A DNA stretch of 64,000 bases from a virus (lineage: Duplodnaviria > Heunggongvirae > Uroviricota > Caudoviricetes), in the IMG/VR virus record IMGVR_UViG_2648501802_000002, one strand, 5' to 3'. The position numbers and the translations under genes were made by a program. Below are positions 41,347-51,312 of the stretch, in pieces. The notes under the pieces were generated by a model that ran no database searches, had not been told where the DNA came from, and saw nothing but the letters and a program-made list of their open reading frames with translations. Every line of letters starts with the position of its first letter. The stretch's first letter is position 1.

Positions 41347-41823
41347 TTACTTTAAACACTGCTCGGTTATGTATTGCTGAGCACCTTCAAGTTGGGCCTG
41401 CATCATTACCAGTCGTTCCCGGAGGGTGAAATAATCCCGTTCAGCGGTGTCTGCCAGTCGGGGGGAGGCTGCATTATCCACGCCGGAGGCGGTGGTGGCT
41501 TCACGCACTGACTGACAGACTGCTTTGATGTGCAACCGACGACGACCAGCGGCAACATCATCACGCAGAACATCATTTTCAGCTTTCGCATCAGCTAACT
41601 CCTTCGTGTATTTTGCATCGAGCGCAGCAACATCACGCTGACGCATCTGCATGTCAGTAATTGCCGCGTTCGCCAGCTTCAGTTCTCTGGCATTTTTGTC
41701 GCGCTGTTCTTTGTAGGCGATGGCGTTATCACGGTAATGATTAACACCCCATGACAGGCAGACGACGATGCAGATAACCAGAGCGGAGATAATCGCGGTT
41801 ACTCTGTTCATTGCTGACCCCAC
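41347..41823 (-). CDS. rzpR: Rz i-spanin
   Basis: ORF track 158 aa; N-terminal TM then coiled-coil; follows endolysin. Confidence 0.8.
   Translation of the reverse strand: MGSAMNRVTAIISALVICIVVCLSWGVNHYRDNAIAYKEQRDKNARELKLANAAITDMQMRQRDVAALDAKYTKELADAKAENDVLRDDVAAGRRRLHIKAVCQSVREATTASGVDNAASPRLADTAERDYFTLRERLVMMQAQLEGAQQYITEQCLK
41406..41591 (-). CDS. rzoR: Rz1 o-spanin lipoprotein (embedded in Rz, +1 frame)
   Basis: ORF track 61 aa; lipobox LVVVGC, Pro-rich ([15 protein letters not shown]); entirely within rz. Confidence 0.7.
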   Translation of the reverse strand: MRKLKMMFCVMMLPLVVVGCTSKQSVSQCVKPPPPPAWIMQPPPDWQTPLNGIISPSGNDW

Positions 41824-42305
41824 AAACAGATTTCACGCTCAATCTCACGACGAGTCATGAGACCTTTCCATTGCTTACCGCCAGCATATGTCCAGCGACG
41901 TAGCTGATCACATGCGCCTTTGATATCGCCCTGGTTTATTTTGCGAAGAAGCGTCGATGTTCTGAAATTGCCAGCACCCACGTTGTAAACGAATGAGTAA
42001 AGAGCGCCGCGCGTTGTTTCCGGTATATCGACTTTGATGTACGGGTTAATTTGTCTGGCGACCGTGGCAAGGTCTTTATTCAAGAGTGTTTTGCATTCTG
42101 CTTTGGTATACGTTTTACCGAGCATGATGTCTTTTCCTGTATGCCCGTGACATACAGTCCATACACCAACAATATCTTTGTATGGTATGTAGCTGACACC
42201 TTCCAGACCATCGTTACCACTTGGGCCAGTGATTAACACTGATGCTATAGCAATTGCTCCGCCACCAATAGCAGCAGCAACGACTTTTCGTAATGATGGA
42301 GGCAT
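41808..42305 (-). CDS. SAR endolysin (T4 E-type lysozyme with N-terminal signal-anchor-release domain)
   Basis: ORF track 165 aa; N-terminal Gly/Ala-rich SAR helix ([18 protein letters not shown]), catalytic region resembling phage 21 R. Confidence 0.85.
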   Translation of the reverse strand: MPPSLRKVVAAAIGGGAIAIASVLITGPSGNDGLEGVSYIPYKDIVGVWTVCHGHTGKDIMLGKTYTKAECKTLLNKDLATVARQINPYIKVDIPETTRGALYSFVYNVGAGNFRTSTLLRKINQGDIKGACDQLRRWTYAGGKQWKGLMTRREIEREICLWGQQ

Positions 42306-42520
42306 TATTCACCTCTCGCAGCCTTGCGCTTATCTTCTTTAATCTTGAAATAAAGGTTTGTCAGGTACGTCAGCAGGCCAAATACCAGACTACCCAGCAC
42401 ACCGATTGCAGCCCACTGTGACGGAGTTACTCTATCGAGCAACTGTAAAAACCAGTAGCCAGCACTGCCTGCGGAGGTGCCGTAGGCAATGCCTGTTGAA
42501 ATTTTGTCCATGGATTTCAT
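42305..42520 (-). CDS. Pinholin, phage 21 S21-type (dual start)
   Basis: ORF track 42305..42577; start placed at [26 protein letters not shown]..., which matches S21 as I recall it; two TMs and a charged C-terminus. Confidence 0.85.
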   Translation of the reverse strand: MKSMDKISTGIAYGTSAGSAGYWFLQLLDRVTPSQWAAIGVLGSLVFGLLTYLTNLYFKIKEDKRKAARGE

Positions 42521-42771
42521 AGCCTCACCTCCGCACGGAACGGATGGCATAGTTATTATGTGTAGGCTTTCAGACACATCAATCAGAGCCTTAATTGATA
42601 TATATGCTGGAGACGATGCAATATAAAAAGCTCGCCGTAGCGAGCTAATAAAATGTATTTCTCTGATATTATGTTTATTTGTATTAGCTCAGACTTGACA
42701 TCACAGGTTTCGTATATAGAACATCATCAAATCTGTCAGTTTGCTATGAATGAGATATAGTAACTGAAGAG

Positions 42772-43167
42772 CTAACCTCGCATGTCAAAGCCAGATTTCT
42801 GAAAATCTCTGTAGACTTCCGGATTGTTGAAGGCCGGAAATTTGGCTTTATGAGCTGCGGACTTTATCGCTTCGCAATAGGCTTTATCACCGTTACTGGT
42901 AGATATTTTTAACGCCGTACCATCCTGAGAGAATTCCATATGCAACCTGCATTTTTTCCCTTTCCAGTTATGCGGCTCATCAAGTTTGGCATTAATTGCA
43001 GCTCTGATTCCCCGCGCTTGCGCCCCCCATTCATCCTGATCATCCCAGCGTCCTGAACTGCAACTACCTGTAGCAGTAGTTTTGTGGCAATCTGAAGGGT
43101 GTAAAGGTGTGCATCCCGCAACAAAACCGACCCAAAAAGTCAACATAACGATTTTCTTTAATCCCAC
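42772..43167 (-). CDS. Lipoprotein (paralog B), unknown function; moron
   Basis: ORF track 131 aa; signal peptide and lipobox (FVAGC); shares GKxCxLxMxxxxxGxxLxxxxxxGDxxxCxAxxxAxxxxxxPAxxxPEVYxxFQ with the upstream lipoprotein. Confidence 0.65.
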   Translation of the reverse strand: MGLKKIVMLTFWVGFVAGCTPLHPSDCHKTTATGSCSSGRWDDQDEWGAQARGIRAAINAKLDEPHNWKGKKCRLHMEFSQDGTALKISTSNGDKAYCEAIKSAAHKAKFPAFNNPEVYRDFQKSGFDMRG

Positions 43168-43317
43168 TTCTTGCTCCTCAATCCATTAAAATCTCAGCAA
43201 TAGTAGTTGTTACGTCCGCCACTGGCTCAGAGCTGACTATCCGCTAAATTTAGCTCAGTGCCGTAGCTGTGTCAGAACAAACCTAAGCCGAAACCGTTTA
43301 TTACAAAACAATAAATA

Positions 43318-43746
43318 TCAGGGTTTAAAATCCAGCACCCCATTTTGAAATACTTTATATACTTCCGGCGAAGGGGGGGCAGGTATATCAGCATTCTTTA
43401 TCGCATTCATCGCTTCACGACATAAATCGAGGTCTCCACTTTCTCTTTTAACCTCCAGTAGAAGGCCATTCGGGGCCATATGCATTCTCAGTGTACACTC
43501 TTTTCCTGAATACTTACTCGCATCCCCGAACTGTTTTTCGATGGCGCTCTTGATTTGATGGGCATACAGACGGATATCCTCACTAACATCAGAAGTACGT
43601 TCAGATGAACTCACATACTGTGTCTCTATTGCTTTATCGGAGTAATATGATGTACGGTCATGATAATTTGTCGATACAGCATCAGTGCACCCGATAATAA
43701 TCCCACTAATAATCAACGTAAGAATTGATGCGCTACGAAAACCCAT
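43318..43746 (-). CDS. Lipoprotein (paralog A), unknown function; moron
   Basis: ORF track 142 aa; lipobox (IIGC); paralog of 42772..43167; AT-rich surroundings. Confidence 0.65.
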   Translation of the reverse strand: MGFRSASILTLIISGIIIGCTDAVSTNYHDRTSYYSDKAIETQYVSSSERTSDVSEDIRLYAHQIKSAIEKQFGDASKYSGKECTLRMHMAPNGLLLEVKRESGDLDLCREAMNAIKNADIPAPPSPEVYKVFQNGVLDFKP

Positions 43747-44682
43747 TTTTCCTCACATATGTCATATAGTAAAGGATTATATATACCGTTGTTTTGGACG
43801 CTCAAACAGCGAATCAGATCAAATAAAACGCACATTTGTTAACATTTACACAAAGTCTGCGTGGGATATTCTGAAAGAATATCCATAATGTGGAGAGAAT
43901 CTATTGAAGTGCATGGTGCCGGGTGCCTCCCGGTGAACAAAATGTTCGTGATACCTGTCGGCGACAGAAAAGGTTAATGGTATCACCCCACCGCACAGGG
44001 GGATTCACCATGCAGGAGTTTTCTTAGCAAACTCACTGCGCGCCCGGCAACTCCCAACCACATAAAATGCGGAGTTTGTGGTATTTATGCATATAACTCG
44101 CAGGAATTATCTTAAAAAACTGATGTCGATCCGGATTAAAAAGAAGCAGGTCATCATCAGATGACTGGAAAAAAGGAAAACAAAAAATACTCATCATACA
44201 GTTTTGATTGCAGGGATGAGCCTGCTATGCACAATATGCAGAATATAAGCAAGATAAAAATATGCAGGCATATTATTTCGGATTTTGTTATTAACACAAC
44301 CTTTTTAATAATCATTTGGCATACAATAAACCAGCCCAAAAAGAACCGCCTAAACAGGCGGTTGGTCAATACAAAGGATGCTTCGTCTTTATTATAGTAA
44401 TCTGAGGCGTCGAGTGTCTTGTATCAGACAACATATTGTCCCGCTAAACAGCGAATTACAAACCACCCTGCAATGATCTCTCATCTCATTTTATATGAGT
44501 TGACGACATCAGGATAACGCATCATCAGCCCCTGCCAAGAAATATCAAAACTCCCGCCAGCAATGTGTTATCACAATATTGTAAAAAAAACACAGCACCG
44601 AAACTATAACTGGTCTCTGTTATAATTTGGAGCAGAAAGACCAGTTGCCCAACTAGCAGCATTCTCCCCTGCTTTCCTGACG

Positions 44683-44712
44683 TAAAAAAACCGCATTGAG
44701 CGGTTTTTTTAC
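44683..44712. terminator. Bidirectional intrinsic terminator downstream of the Q-like gene (tR'-like)
   Basis: AAAAAAACCGC-ATTGA-GCGGTTTTTTT perfect hairpin flanked by A- and T-runs, about 80 bp downstream of the Q-like stop. Confidence 0.65.
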
Positions 44713-44790
44713 GATGTCCATGTCTGCAATCCGCCTCGCGATACAGCTTTACGAAGCATAGCAAAATTGAAGCAGTTTATACGTAAGAAA

Positions 44791-45384
44791 TCAAGCCATT
44801 TTCTCAGCAAATGATTCACGCATGGGAATATATAGGGCATACTCAGCAACAGCTAACCAATTAGCAATCCGTTTTTCGCATGTGCTAAAACACCACTCTG
44901 GGTGTGCATCATTTAGCAATTCAGCCATTTTGCGCTTAGTCATCCCCCGCCCTTCATAGCGTTGCCGGAGAATGCAAATCAATCCTGGATGCTCTGCCAG
45001 CACCTCACTTATGACTCGATCAATACATAACGCCTCTGCATCAGTACAATGCGCCAGCCAGCTCTTTTGCTTGCCGTTGATCATCTCTCGCAAAAACGCT
45101 TCCAGCTCAGCTTTCTCTATTCCCGCTTTTTTCATTCTGCGCAGGGCTTCATTAATGGCTGTTTTCGTCAGTTTTTTGGATGCCAACAACTGATTGAACA
45201 TATTCCCTGACCTGCCACCGCCAATATACGACCAGCGCCCCACATACGTAGTTTTCCCTGAATCCAGACACTTTCCAGCGTGGTGAGGCGAAGGTGTTCT
45301 CCGCTTTTTCCTGTATTCGTTGGGTAAATCATAAATGACCTTTCTTTCTCCAGATTTCTTGTGTGCGAAAAACCCCTTCAGCAT
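44791..45384 (-). CDS. Putative late-gene antiterminator (Q-like)
   Basis: ORF track 197 aa; Cys/His-containing basic protein immediately upstream of a strong terminator and the lysis cassette. Positional inference only. Confidence 0.4.
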   Translation of the reverse strand: MLKGFFAHKKSGERKVIYDLPNEYRKKRRTPSPHHAGKCLDSGKTTYVGRWSYIGGGRSGNMFNQLLASKKLTKTAINEALRRMKKAGIEKAELEAFLREMINGKQKSWLAHCTDAEALCIDRVISEVLAEHPGLICILRQRYEGRGMTKRKMAELLNDAHPEWCFSTCEKRIANWLAVAEYALYIPMRESFAEKMA

Positions 45385-45619
45385 GCATCAGGCGCAATTC
45401 TTCTTTGGTGTAATCGCTGGTTTTTACCCGCCCGTCGATTAGATCGTGGCATGAGCTACAGGCTATCGCCGCCTGCATATCGTGTGGTTTTGTCGCTGTT
45501 CCGCACGTCCCCGCCAGCCTGTAATGCGCCAGCACAGAGGTTTCGGGATTGTGATTGCAGTAGCCAGGGATTCTGATCTGGCATATCTGGCCTTTAGCCG
45601 CTTTACGTAAATTCACCAT
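45329..45619 (-). CDS. Small Cys/His-rich zinc-binding phage protein (nin-region type)
   Basis: ORF track 96 aa; CNHNPETSVLAHYRLAGTCG...CSSCHDLIDG. Confidence 0.55.
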   Translation of the reverse strand: MVNLRKAAKGQICQIRIPGYCNHNPETSVLAHYRLAGTCGTATKPHDMQAAIACSSCHDLIDGRVKTSDYTKEELRLMHAEGVFRTQEIWRKKGHL

Positions 45620-46218
45620 TACGCAAACTCCAGTAGTTGTGCGGCCACATTTTCAACTTCCTCCTGAGAGGAGAATTTACGGAACAGAATCCAGTTCCAC
45701 AGCACATTCAGTACAGATTTATAAACCTGCTGAAACTCGACTTCGTCCATATTCGCAAAAGCGATGGATTTTGCCCGACGCCCACGGCTACCGTCCGGAT
45801 AAATATGCTCGGTGTAAAATCCGGCCTGAATGGTTACCCACTCGCGGAAAGCCTCAAACGACTTTAGCAACGCCGTATCCCGGGTTCTACGAGTCGCAAC
45901 GGTGTTAAGGTATTGCTCTGCGGCATCACTCAGGGCTGGCGTGTGTTCCCGACCAACTGATTCGCACAGGTAATCAACGAAACCAGACAGCAGTTCTCGT
46001 TCGCGAGGCGTGATCGCCCCACCGACCGGAGTCCAGTAATCGAATCCCAGTTGCAGGAGTTTGAAAAAACGCTTGTGGAATGCGTAGTTACGCACACGCT
46101 TAAAATCTGCGTGTATCCACTCACCTATTTTGATTTGATGCAGAAAATCGCAACTCTCCGGCGTCGCCGGGAGAAGTAAACCAGAAGAAGTTTGTTTGAC
46201 CAGTTGTATATGCGCCAT
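45619..46218 (-). CDS. Hypothetical nin-region protein
   Basis: ORF track 199 aa; coupled to the downstream gene. Confidence 0.55.
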   Translation of the reverse strand: MAHIQLVKQTSSGLLLPATPESCDFLHQIKIGEWIHADFKRVRNYAFHKRFFKLLQLGFDYWTPVGGAITPRERELLSGFVDYLCESVGREHTPALSDAAEQYLNTVATRRTRDTALLKSFEAFREWVTIQAGFYTEHIYPDGSRGRRAKSIAFANMDEVEFQQVYKSVLNVLWNWILFRKFSSQEEVENVAAQLLEFA

Positions 46219-46717
46219 TTCTCAATCTCTCGATGGCGCAGTGCAGCAGATGCCAGTTGTTCAAGCTAGCACGCAAATTGTAAACCAGAATGCCAGGAAA
46301 AAACAAAACCCGCCGAAGCTGGTTGTGTGCGGTTGCGTTGAAGTCTCCTAGCCAAAGAGTAGCGGTGACCACTCCCCGCCGATAATCTTAGTTGTTTAAT
46401 TTCGTAAGCTAACTAGGCTAAAAGCTCTCTGTTGTCTGCCTGTTGTACAATTAACAAAATGAACAACGAACTAGATATACCAACGCCAGAATGGTGCAAC
46501 AAATCCCAAACAACACAGCAATGCAACAATAACATATGTTATTTTCCTCTCACGGGATTCAGTCCTGAATTCTCATAAAGCTAATCTTTTTTTAAAAACA
46601 TACTGTTAGATCACATGCACTTTCTTTCTTAACATCGTTGACTTCGCATGCGAAGCGTTTAAAATCAACAATTTGCACTTAAGGTATTTATTTTCCCAAA
46701 CACATAGAGAGTAAATT

Positions 46718-48109
46718 ATGACTGAGAACACGACTCCAACAGCAGACTTTAGTCCTAGTAAAAGATTTTTTGTGAGTATGCTAACTCGAGATATCGACTT
46801 AAACGATGCCATACTTGATCTGCTTGATAACTGCGTCGATGGGGCTTTACGTACAATAAAAGACACAAAAAAAACTTCAAAACCATATGAAGGATTTTAT
46901 GCGAAACTTACGATTAATAAAGATGTCTTTATTATAGAAGACAATTGCGGAGGTATCCCTAAAAGCTTCCGAGAATATGCTTTTAAAATGGGACGACCCC
47001 ATCAAAAAGAAGAAGAAAATGAAGGCACCGTTGGCGTCTATGGTATTGGTATGAAAAGAGCCATTTTTAAAATGGGTAGAGATTGCTCAATACAATCGAA
47101 TAATCCCGATGGCGCATTCACTGTAGATATAACACCTGATTGGATCGATGGTGATGGTTGGAAAATACCGATGCACGAGAGTGACTATGATAACAAAAAT
47201 CCAACAGGCACAACTATAGAGATAAAAAAACTCCATTCTAATGTGGCACAAAAATTTAATGAGAGCACATATCTTACTGATCTCTTTTTACAGATAAAAC
47301 ACTCATTGTCATTTATTATTCAAAAAGGATTTAAAATAGAATTAAATGGAGTTGTTGTTGAACATAATCCGATTAACATCATAACTGATCATTCTAAAAT
47401 AGAACCATACATATATAAAGCTAAAATAGACGATGTTGATATCGATTTAGTTGTTGGCTTCTATAAAAATTTAGAAGATGACAATGATGATGTTTTAGAA
47501 AAAAGGAGTTCTGATGATGCTGGATGGACTGTCATTTGCAATGACCGCGTTGTTCTATATTGTGATAAGACACATCTCACAGGTTGGGGCTTTGCTAATG
47601 TACCAAGGTTTCATACCCAATTTATAGCAATTTCTGGGGTTGTTCGCTTTACCAGTAAAAACCCAGAAAAATTACCAATAACAACAACGAAACGAGGTGT
47701 CGATCTTAGTTCTACATTGTACAATGATGTACGAAATAAAATGATTGAAGGGATGATGCATTTTATTCGATTCACCAATCAGTGGAAAGGTGAGCATCTT
47801 GAAGAAGGGAAAAAATTACTTAAGTCAGCTCAGTCACATGAAGCTCAATCTTTATTTGAAATTACCCCACAATCAACTCCAGAAGATAAAAAAAATAACT
47901 GGTCCAACCCTAATAGAAACAAAAATGAGTGGCGATATACACCTAAGCTGCCTACCCCAGTAAAAAAAAGCTCTACTGTACGAATAATCTTCACCAGAGA
48001 GAAAGAAGATGTTAAAATTTTATCTAAATATTTCTTTGGACATGAAGATGCTAGCGCTTCTGATGTGGGGATGCAATGCTTTGATACGGTGATTGAAGAG
48101 GTGAAGTGA
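46718..48109 (+). CDS. MORC/MutL-like GHKL (Bergerat-fold) ATPase with C-terminal region of unknown function
   Basis: ORF track 463 aa; N-box LDLLDNCVDGA, G1 box IIEDNCGGIP, G2 box GVYGIGMKRAIF; low-GC island; opposite strand to all flanking phage genes. Confidence 0.8.
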   Translation: MTENTTPTADFSPSKRFFVSMLTRDIDLNDAILDLLDNCVDGALRTIKDTKKTSKPYEGFYAKLTINKDVFIIEDNCGGIPKSFREYAFKMGRPHQKEEENEGTVGVYGIGMKRAIFKMGRDCSIQSNNPDGAFTVDITPDWIDGDGWKIPMHESDYDNKNPTGTTIEIKKLHSNVAQKFNESTYLTDLFLQIKHSLSFIIQKGFKIELNGVVVEHNPINIITDHSKIEPYIYKAKIDDVDIDLVVGFYKNLEDDNDDVLEKRSSDDAGWTVICNDRVVLYCDKTHLTGWGFANVPRFHTQFIAISGVVRFTSKNPEKLPITTTKRGVDLSSTLYNDVRNKMIEGMMHFIRFTNQWKGEHLEEGKKLLKSAQSHEAQSLFEITPQSTPEDKKNNWSNPNRNKNEWRYTPKLPTPVKKSSTVRIIFTREKEDVKILSKYFFGHEDASASDVGMQCFDTVIEEVK

Positions 48110-49098
48110 TGTCTGGACAATACATTCCCTATCACTTAAGGCATAATAAGTCTATTGATAGAGAGATTTTTCTCGAAAGCCTAAACCTCTTAAGCAAAAG
48201 ACTAAATATTCAAGAATATACATATATAGGTTTTGGTGGTCCGATGCTTGAAGATTTTAGAATCATGCATAATCGTATCGCTCTTTCTGATATGATTTCT
48301 CTCGAAGAACAAGAGTCTACTCACATCAGACAAAAATATAATTTGCCTTATAATTGTATTGATTGTAAGCTAATATCAGCTCATGACTTTATTCTTGATT
48401 ATAGTTTTTCTAAACCATCAATAACATGGTTAGACTATGCCTCCCCGAAAAAAATACAAACGGATCTAGATGATATACACTTACTAAGTACTAAAGTAAG
48501 CTCTTTTGATATTTTGAAGGTCACCTTCCCCATAAATCCTAGTTCTTATTACCAACGTAGAGTTGGAGAAAGTTTAGATATTTTTAAAGAAGCTTTTATT
48601 AATTCATTAAAATCATTGCTTGGGAAAAAGTATCTTGATTTTAATCTTCAGATATCAAATGCAGATCTTTCAGATCGTAAGATTAAAGCTCTTTTAATAC
48701 GAATTATTACAAACGCTTTTAGATCAGCAATAGAACGTGGTCTTTCAGGACGTAAGGATAAGATTCAGTATTACCCATTATCTTTAAATCAATATAATGA
48801 TGGCAGTCATACCATGTTGACAATATCAGGTTTTTTCTCCTCAGAACAAGAATATATAGAGTTATCTAAGGCATGCGACCTTTCTAACTGGCAATTTTAT
48901 TCAACAAATTGGGAAGACGTGCAAGAAATAGCAATACCAACACTAACAATTAAAGAAAAGATAAATTTAGATAGTAAACTGCCTGATAAAGAAGCATATC
49001 AGGCAGCCGCTGAAGAGTTCTCTTTAAACGAAAATGAACGGGATAACTATTATAAATACTATAGGTTATACCCTAACTTCCAAAGAATTATGGTTTAA
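48109..49098 (+). CDS. Hypothetical protein coupled to the GHKL ATPase (candidate effector/partner)
   Basis: ORF track 48106..49098; ATG overlaps the upstream stop (TGATG); 329 aa with no motif I can assign; low GC. Confidence 0.7.
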   Translation: MSGQYIPYHLRHNKSIDREIFLESLNLLSKRLNIQEYTYIGFGGPMLEDFRIMHNRIALSDMISLEEQESTHIRQKYNLPYNCIDCKLISAHDFILDYSFSKPSITWLDYASPKKIQTDLDDIHLLSTKVSSFDILKVTFPINPSSYYQRRVGESLDIFKEAFINSLKSLLGKKYLDFNLQISNADLSDRKIKALLIRIITNAFRSAIERGLSGRKDKIQYYPLSLNQYNDGSHTMLTISGFFSSEQEYIELSKACDLSNWQFYSTNWEDVQEIAIPTLTIKEKINLDSKLPDKEAYQAAAEEFSLNENERDNYYKYYRLYPNFQRIMV

Positions 49099-50217
49099 AT
49101 ATTCGGGCTGTACTCTTTTATTTAATAAATTGTACAGCCCCTTTAATATATATTCAGCAACTATTGGTGACACGCTATTTCCTATTTGTCTGAAACTATG
49201 CCATTTAGTTACATGAAAGCGAAACCAATCAGGGAAGCCTTGTAATCTAGCAGCTTCTCTTGGTGTAATCACTCTTGGATGATAAGGGTGGATCGGCCTG
49301 ACGGCTTGAAAGCTTCCTTTATCTCTAGCGGTTCCCGCCCTTAAAGTCGGGCAAAAACCATTTGGATCTAATCTTGTAGATCTTGAAATTTTATCAGTTT
49401 CCCCAAAAGATAAGGAAGCATAACGCTCTTGGACGATTTTGCTATGTAATGTTCCGGTACATCCAGATATGATATTATTTTTTAACTTAGCGATCGATTC
49501 TGTATCACCAACATTCCGAGGGATCTGCCCCCATAATTTTTCATAAAATCCCCCTTTTCGATCTTTTTTAATTGTTCGCCAACTCTCAGAGTCTGATTGC
49601 CAATTGGCATCGATAATATCTGGTAATCCATACAAAGCATCTTTTACAGTAACCGGATCAATCATTTTAGGCATAAATACTTCATCTGAAATATCAAGCT
49701 TCAATGATTTTTTTACACCGATAAAAAAATATCTAGTTCGAATAGTTGGAGCACCATAATCAGATGCTTTTACCTTGATGGGATCAAGAATATCATAATC
49801 ACCGCTAACCAAATTAAATGCTTTATTTCTAATGCCAGAATATTTCTCTTGCATAATACCTGGAACATTTTCTGCCAAAAAGAATAATGGCTGTAATTCT
49901 GATACTAAACGGTAGAAATGCATGTAAAGCTGATTCCTGCTATCATCAGGATTCCCCTTGCCTATTGAACTAAATCCTTGGCACGGAGGACCGCCAATAA
50001 TACCATCTATGGGCATATCGTTTTTAAAAAAACCCTTAATTATTTCTGCATTTAGTAAAGAAACATCTTCTTGGACGTGCAAACTTCTTGGAAAATTAAT
50101 TGCGTGAGTATTAATAGCATGTTGATCAATTTCAACTGCCATTTTAACATCAAATCCAGCACGTGCAGCACCAAGACTTAGACCTCCAACGCCAGAAAAC
50201 AAATCTATTACATTCAT
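49066..50217 (-). CDS. DNA cytosine-5 methyltransferase (Dcm-type)
   Basis: ORF track 383 aa; motif I DLFSGVGGLSLG, motif IV GGPPCQGFS, motif VI ENVPG; convergent with the GHKL operon, 3' ends overlapping. Confidence 0.9.
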   Translation of the reverse strand: MNVIDLFSGVGGLSLGAARAGFDVKMAVEIDQHAINTHAINFPRSLHVQEDVSLLNAEIIKGFFKNDMPIDGIIGGPPCQGFSSIGKGNPDDSRNQLYMHFYRLVSELQPLFFLAENVPGIMQEKYSGIRNKAFNLVSGDYDILDPIKVKASDYGAPTIRTRYFFIGVKKSLKLDISDEVFMPKMIDPVTVKDALYGLPDIIDANWQSDSESWRTIKKDRKGGFYEKLWGQIPRNVGDTESIAKLKNNIISGCTGTLHSKIVQERYASLSFGETDKISRSTRLDPNGFCPTLRAGTARDKGSFQAVRPIHPYHPRVITPREAARLQGFPDWFRFHVTKWHSFRQIGNSVSPIVAEYILKGLYNLLNKRVQPEYLNHNSLEVRV

Positions 50218-50648
50218 ATAGTTGCAACGTCTCTTATTAGTTTCTATGTATTATAACACAACTGTTCTTGATGTTTTAACCCCATAAGATAACCTCATAA
50301 AGGCTATCCCTTGAAAATACCGGATCGCATAAATTTAATCTTTCAAAACTACTTGTCTATTAATCGAGCAATTTAAGGTTTTTTTAGTCATGTCGATACC
50401 GACATAGTTAACTAAACCCATTTCATCGTCCAACAAATGGGGGTAATACACTTTGATTTATAGTCGGGTGGGTTTTTCTCTATCTGCCTTTGGTGTTCAT
50501 GCCCAAGGCAGATAGCCTCAAGCACCCGCAGCAATTCTACTTAACTATCCTTTTCCCGCAAATCGTTTTTATCCCCAGCGGCAAATCGAATACACAACCA
50601 GCGCCACCGCCATCGCAATTCCTACCGTTGTGAATGCTTCAGTCCAGG

Positions 50649-50906
50649 TCATCGTGAAACATCCTCCACGCTTATAAGTCCGCTTCGCTCCAGGTAGTCC
50701 ATCACTTTATCCGGCAATTTGCAGCCCGGTTTCGCTTTCTTCAGTTGACTAACCAATTGTTTAACCAGCATTGTCAATTCGCGAACTTGTTTCCCGGGCT
50801 CCCCTTTGCCCTGAAGCAGGGCAGCGCGGCAAGCGTTCCATCCCTCAGCATATGTTTCAGTTACACCATCGAGATGGCATGTAAGCAAATCCATTTCTTC
50901 CGGCAC
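50649..50906 (-). CDS. Hypothetical protein (possibly the 3' part of an amber-interrupted longer ORF starting near 51152)
   Basis: ORF track 85 aa; same frame is open upstream to a TAG at about 50973-50975, preceded by a 58-codon ORF from ATG at about 51150-51152. Confidence 0.45.
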   Translation of the reverse strand: MPEEMDLLTCHLDGVTETYAEGWNACRAALLQGKGEPGKQVRELTMLVKQLVSQLKKAKPGCKLPDKVMDYLERSGLISVEDVSR

Positions 50907-51312
50907 TACTGGCGCTGGAAAAACGGCATAGGGTGGCGTCCATTTTGGCGCTTTATCTCCAGCCGAACGCTGCTACCAGTCATCCGGTTTGTATTCATAA
51001 AAATCACCAACTGGCTCTGCTTCCAGCGATGCCAGAGCAATTTTGAATAATTCGCCCTCTACCCGTGCCATCCCTGAATTGGGGTGGCATTTCTCAATCG
51101 CTATTTTTAATTTAGCTTCTTCGATTAATTGCTTTTTGGTTAATTCAGTCATTTTTCATTACCGCCCTTTCGGGCCGCCTCCTAATATTTTGAGGGTGCA
51201 GCCCCCCCTCCGGTTAAGGATTAAATTTTATTTACAGTGCTAAATTTAATTATTCAGATTTGGATTATGATTTCTCTTTCAGTTCACGCAGTTCCCTGAT
51301 TGTTAATTTGGC

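Noticed and set aside
43900-44020. Possible tRNA between the Q-like gene and the lysis cassette
   Set aside because: No T-loop (GGTTCGAATCC-like) or cloverleaf-compatible sequence found by eye on either strand; needs tRNAscan to be sure.
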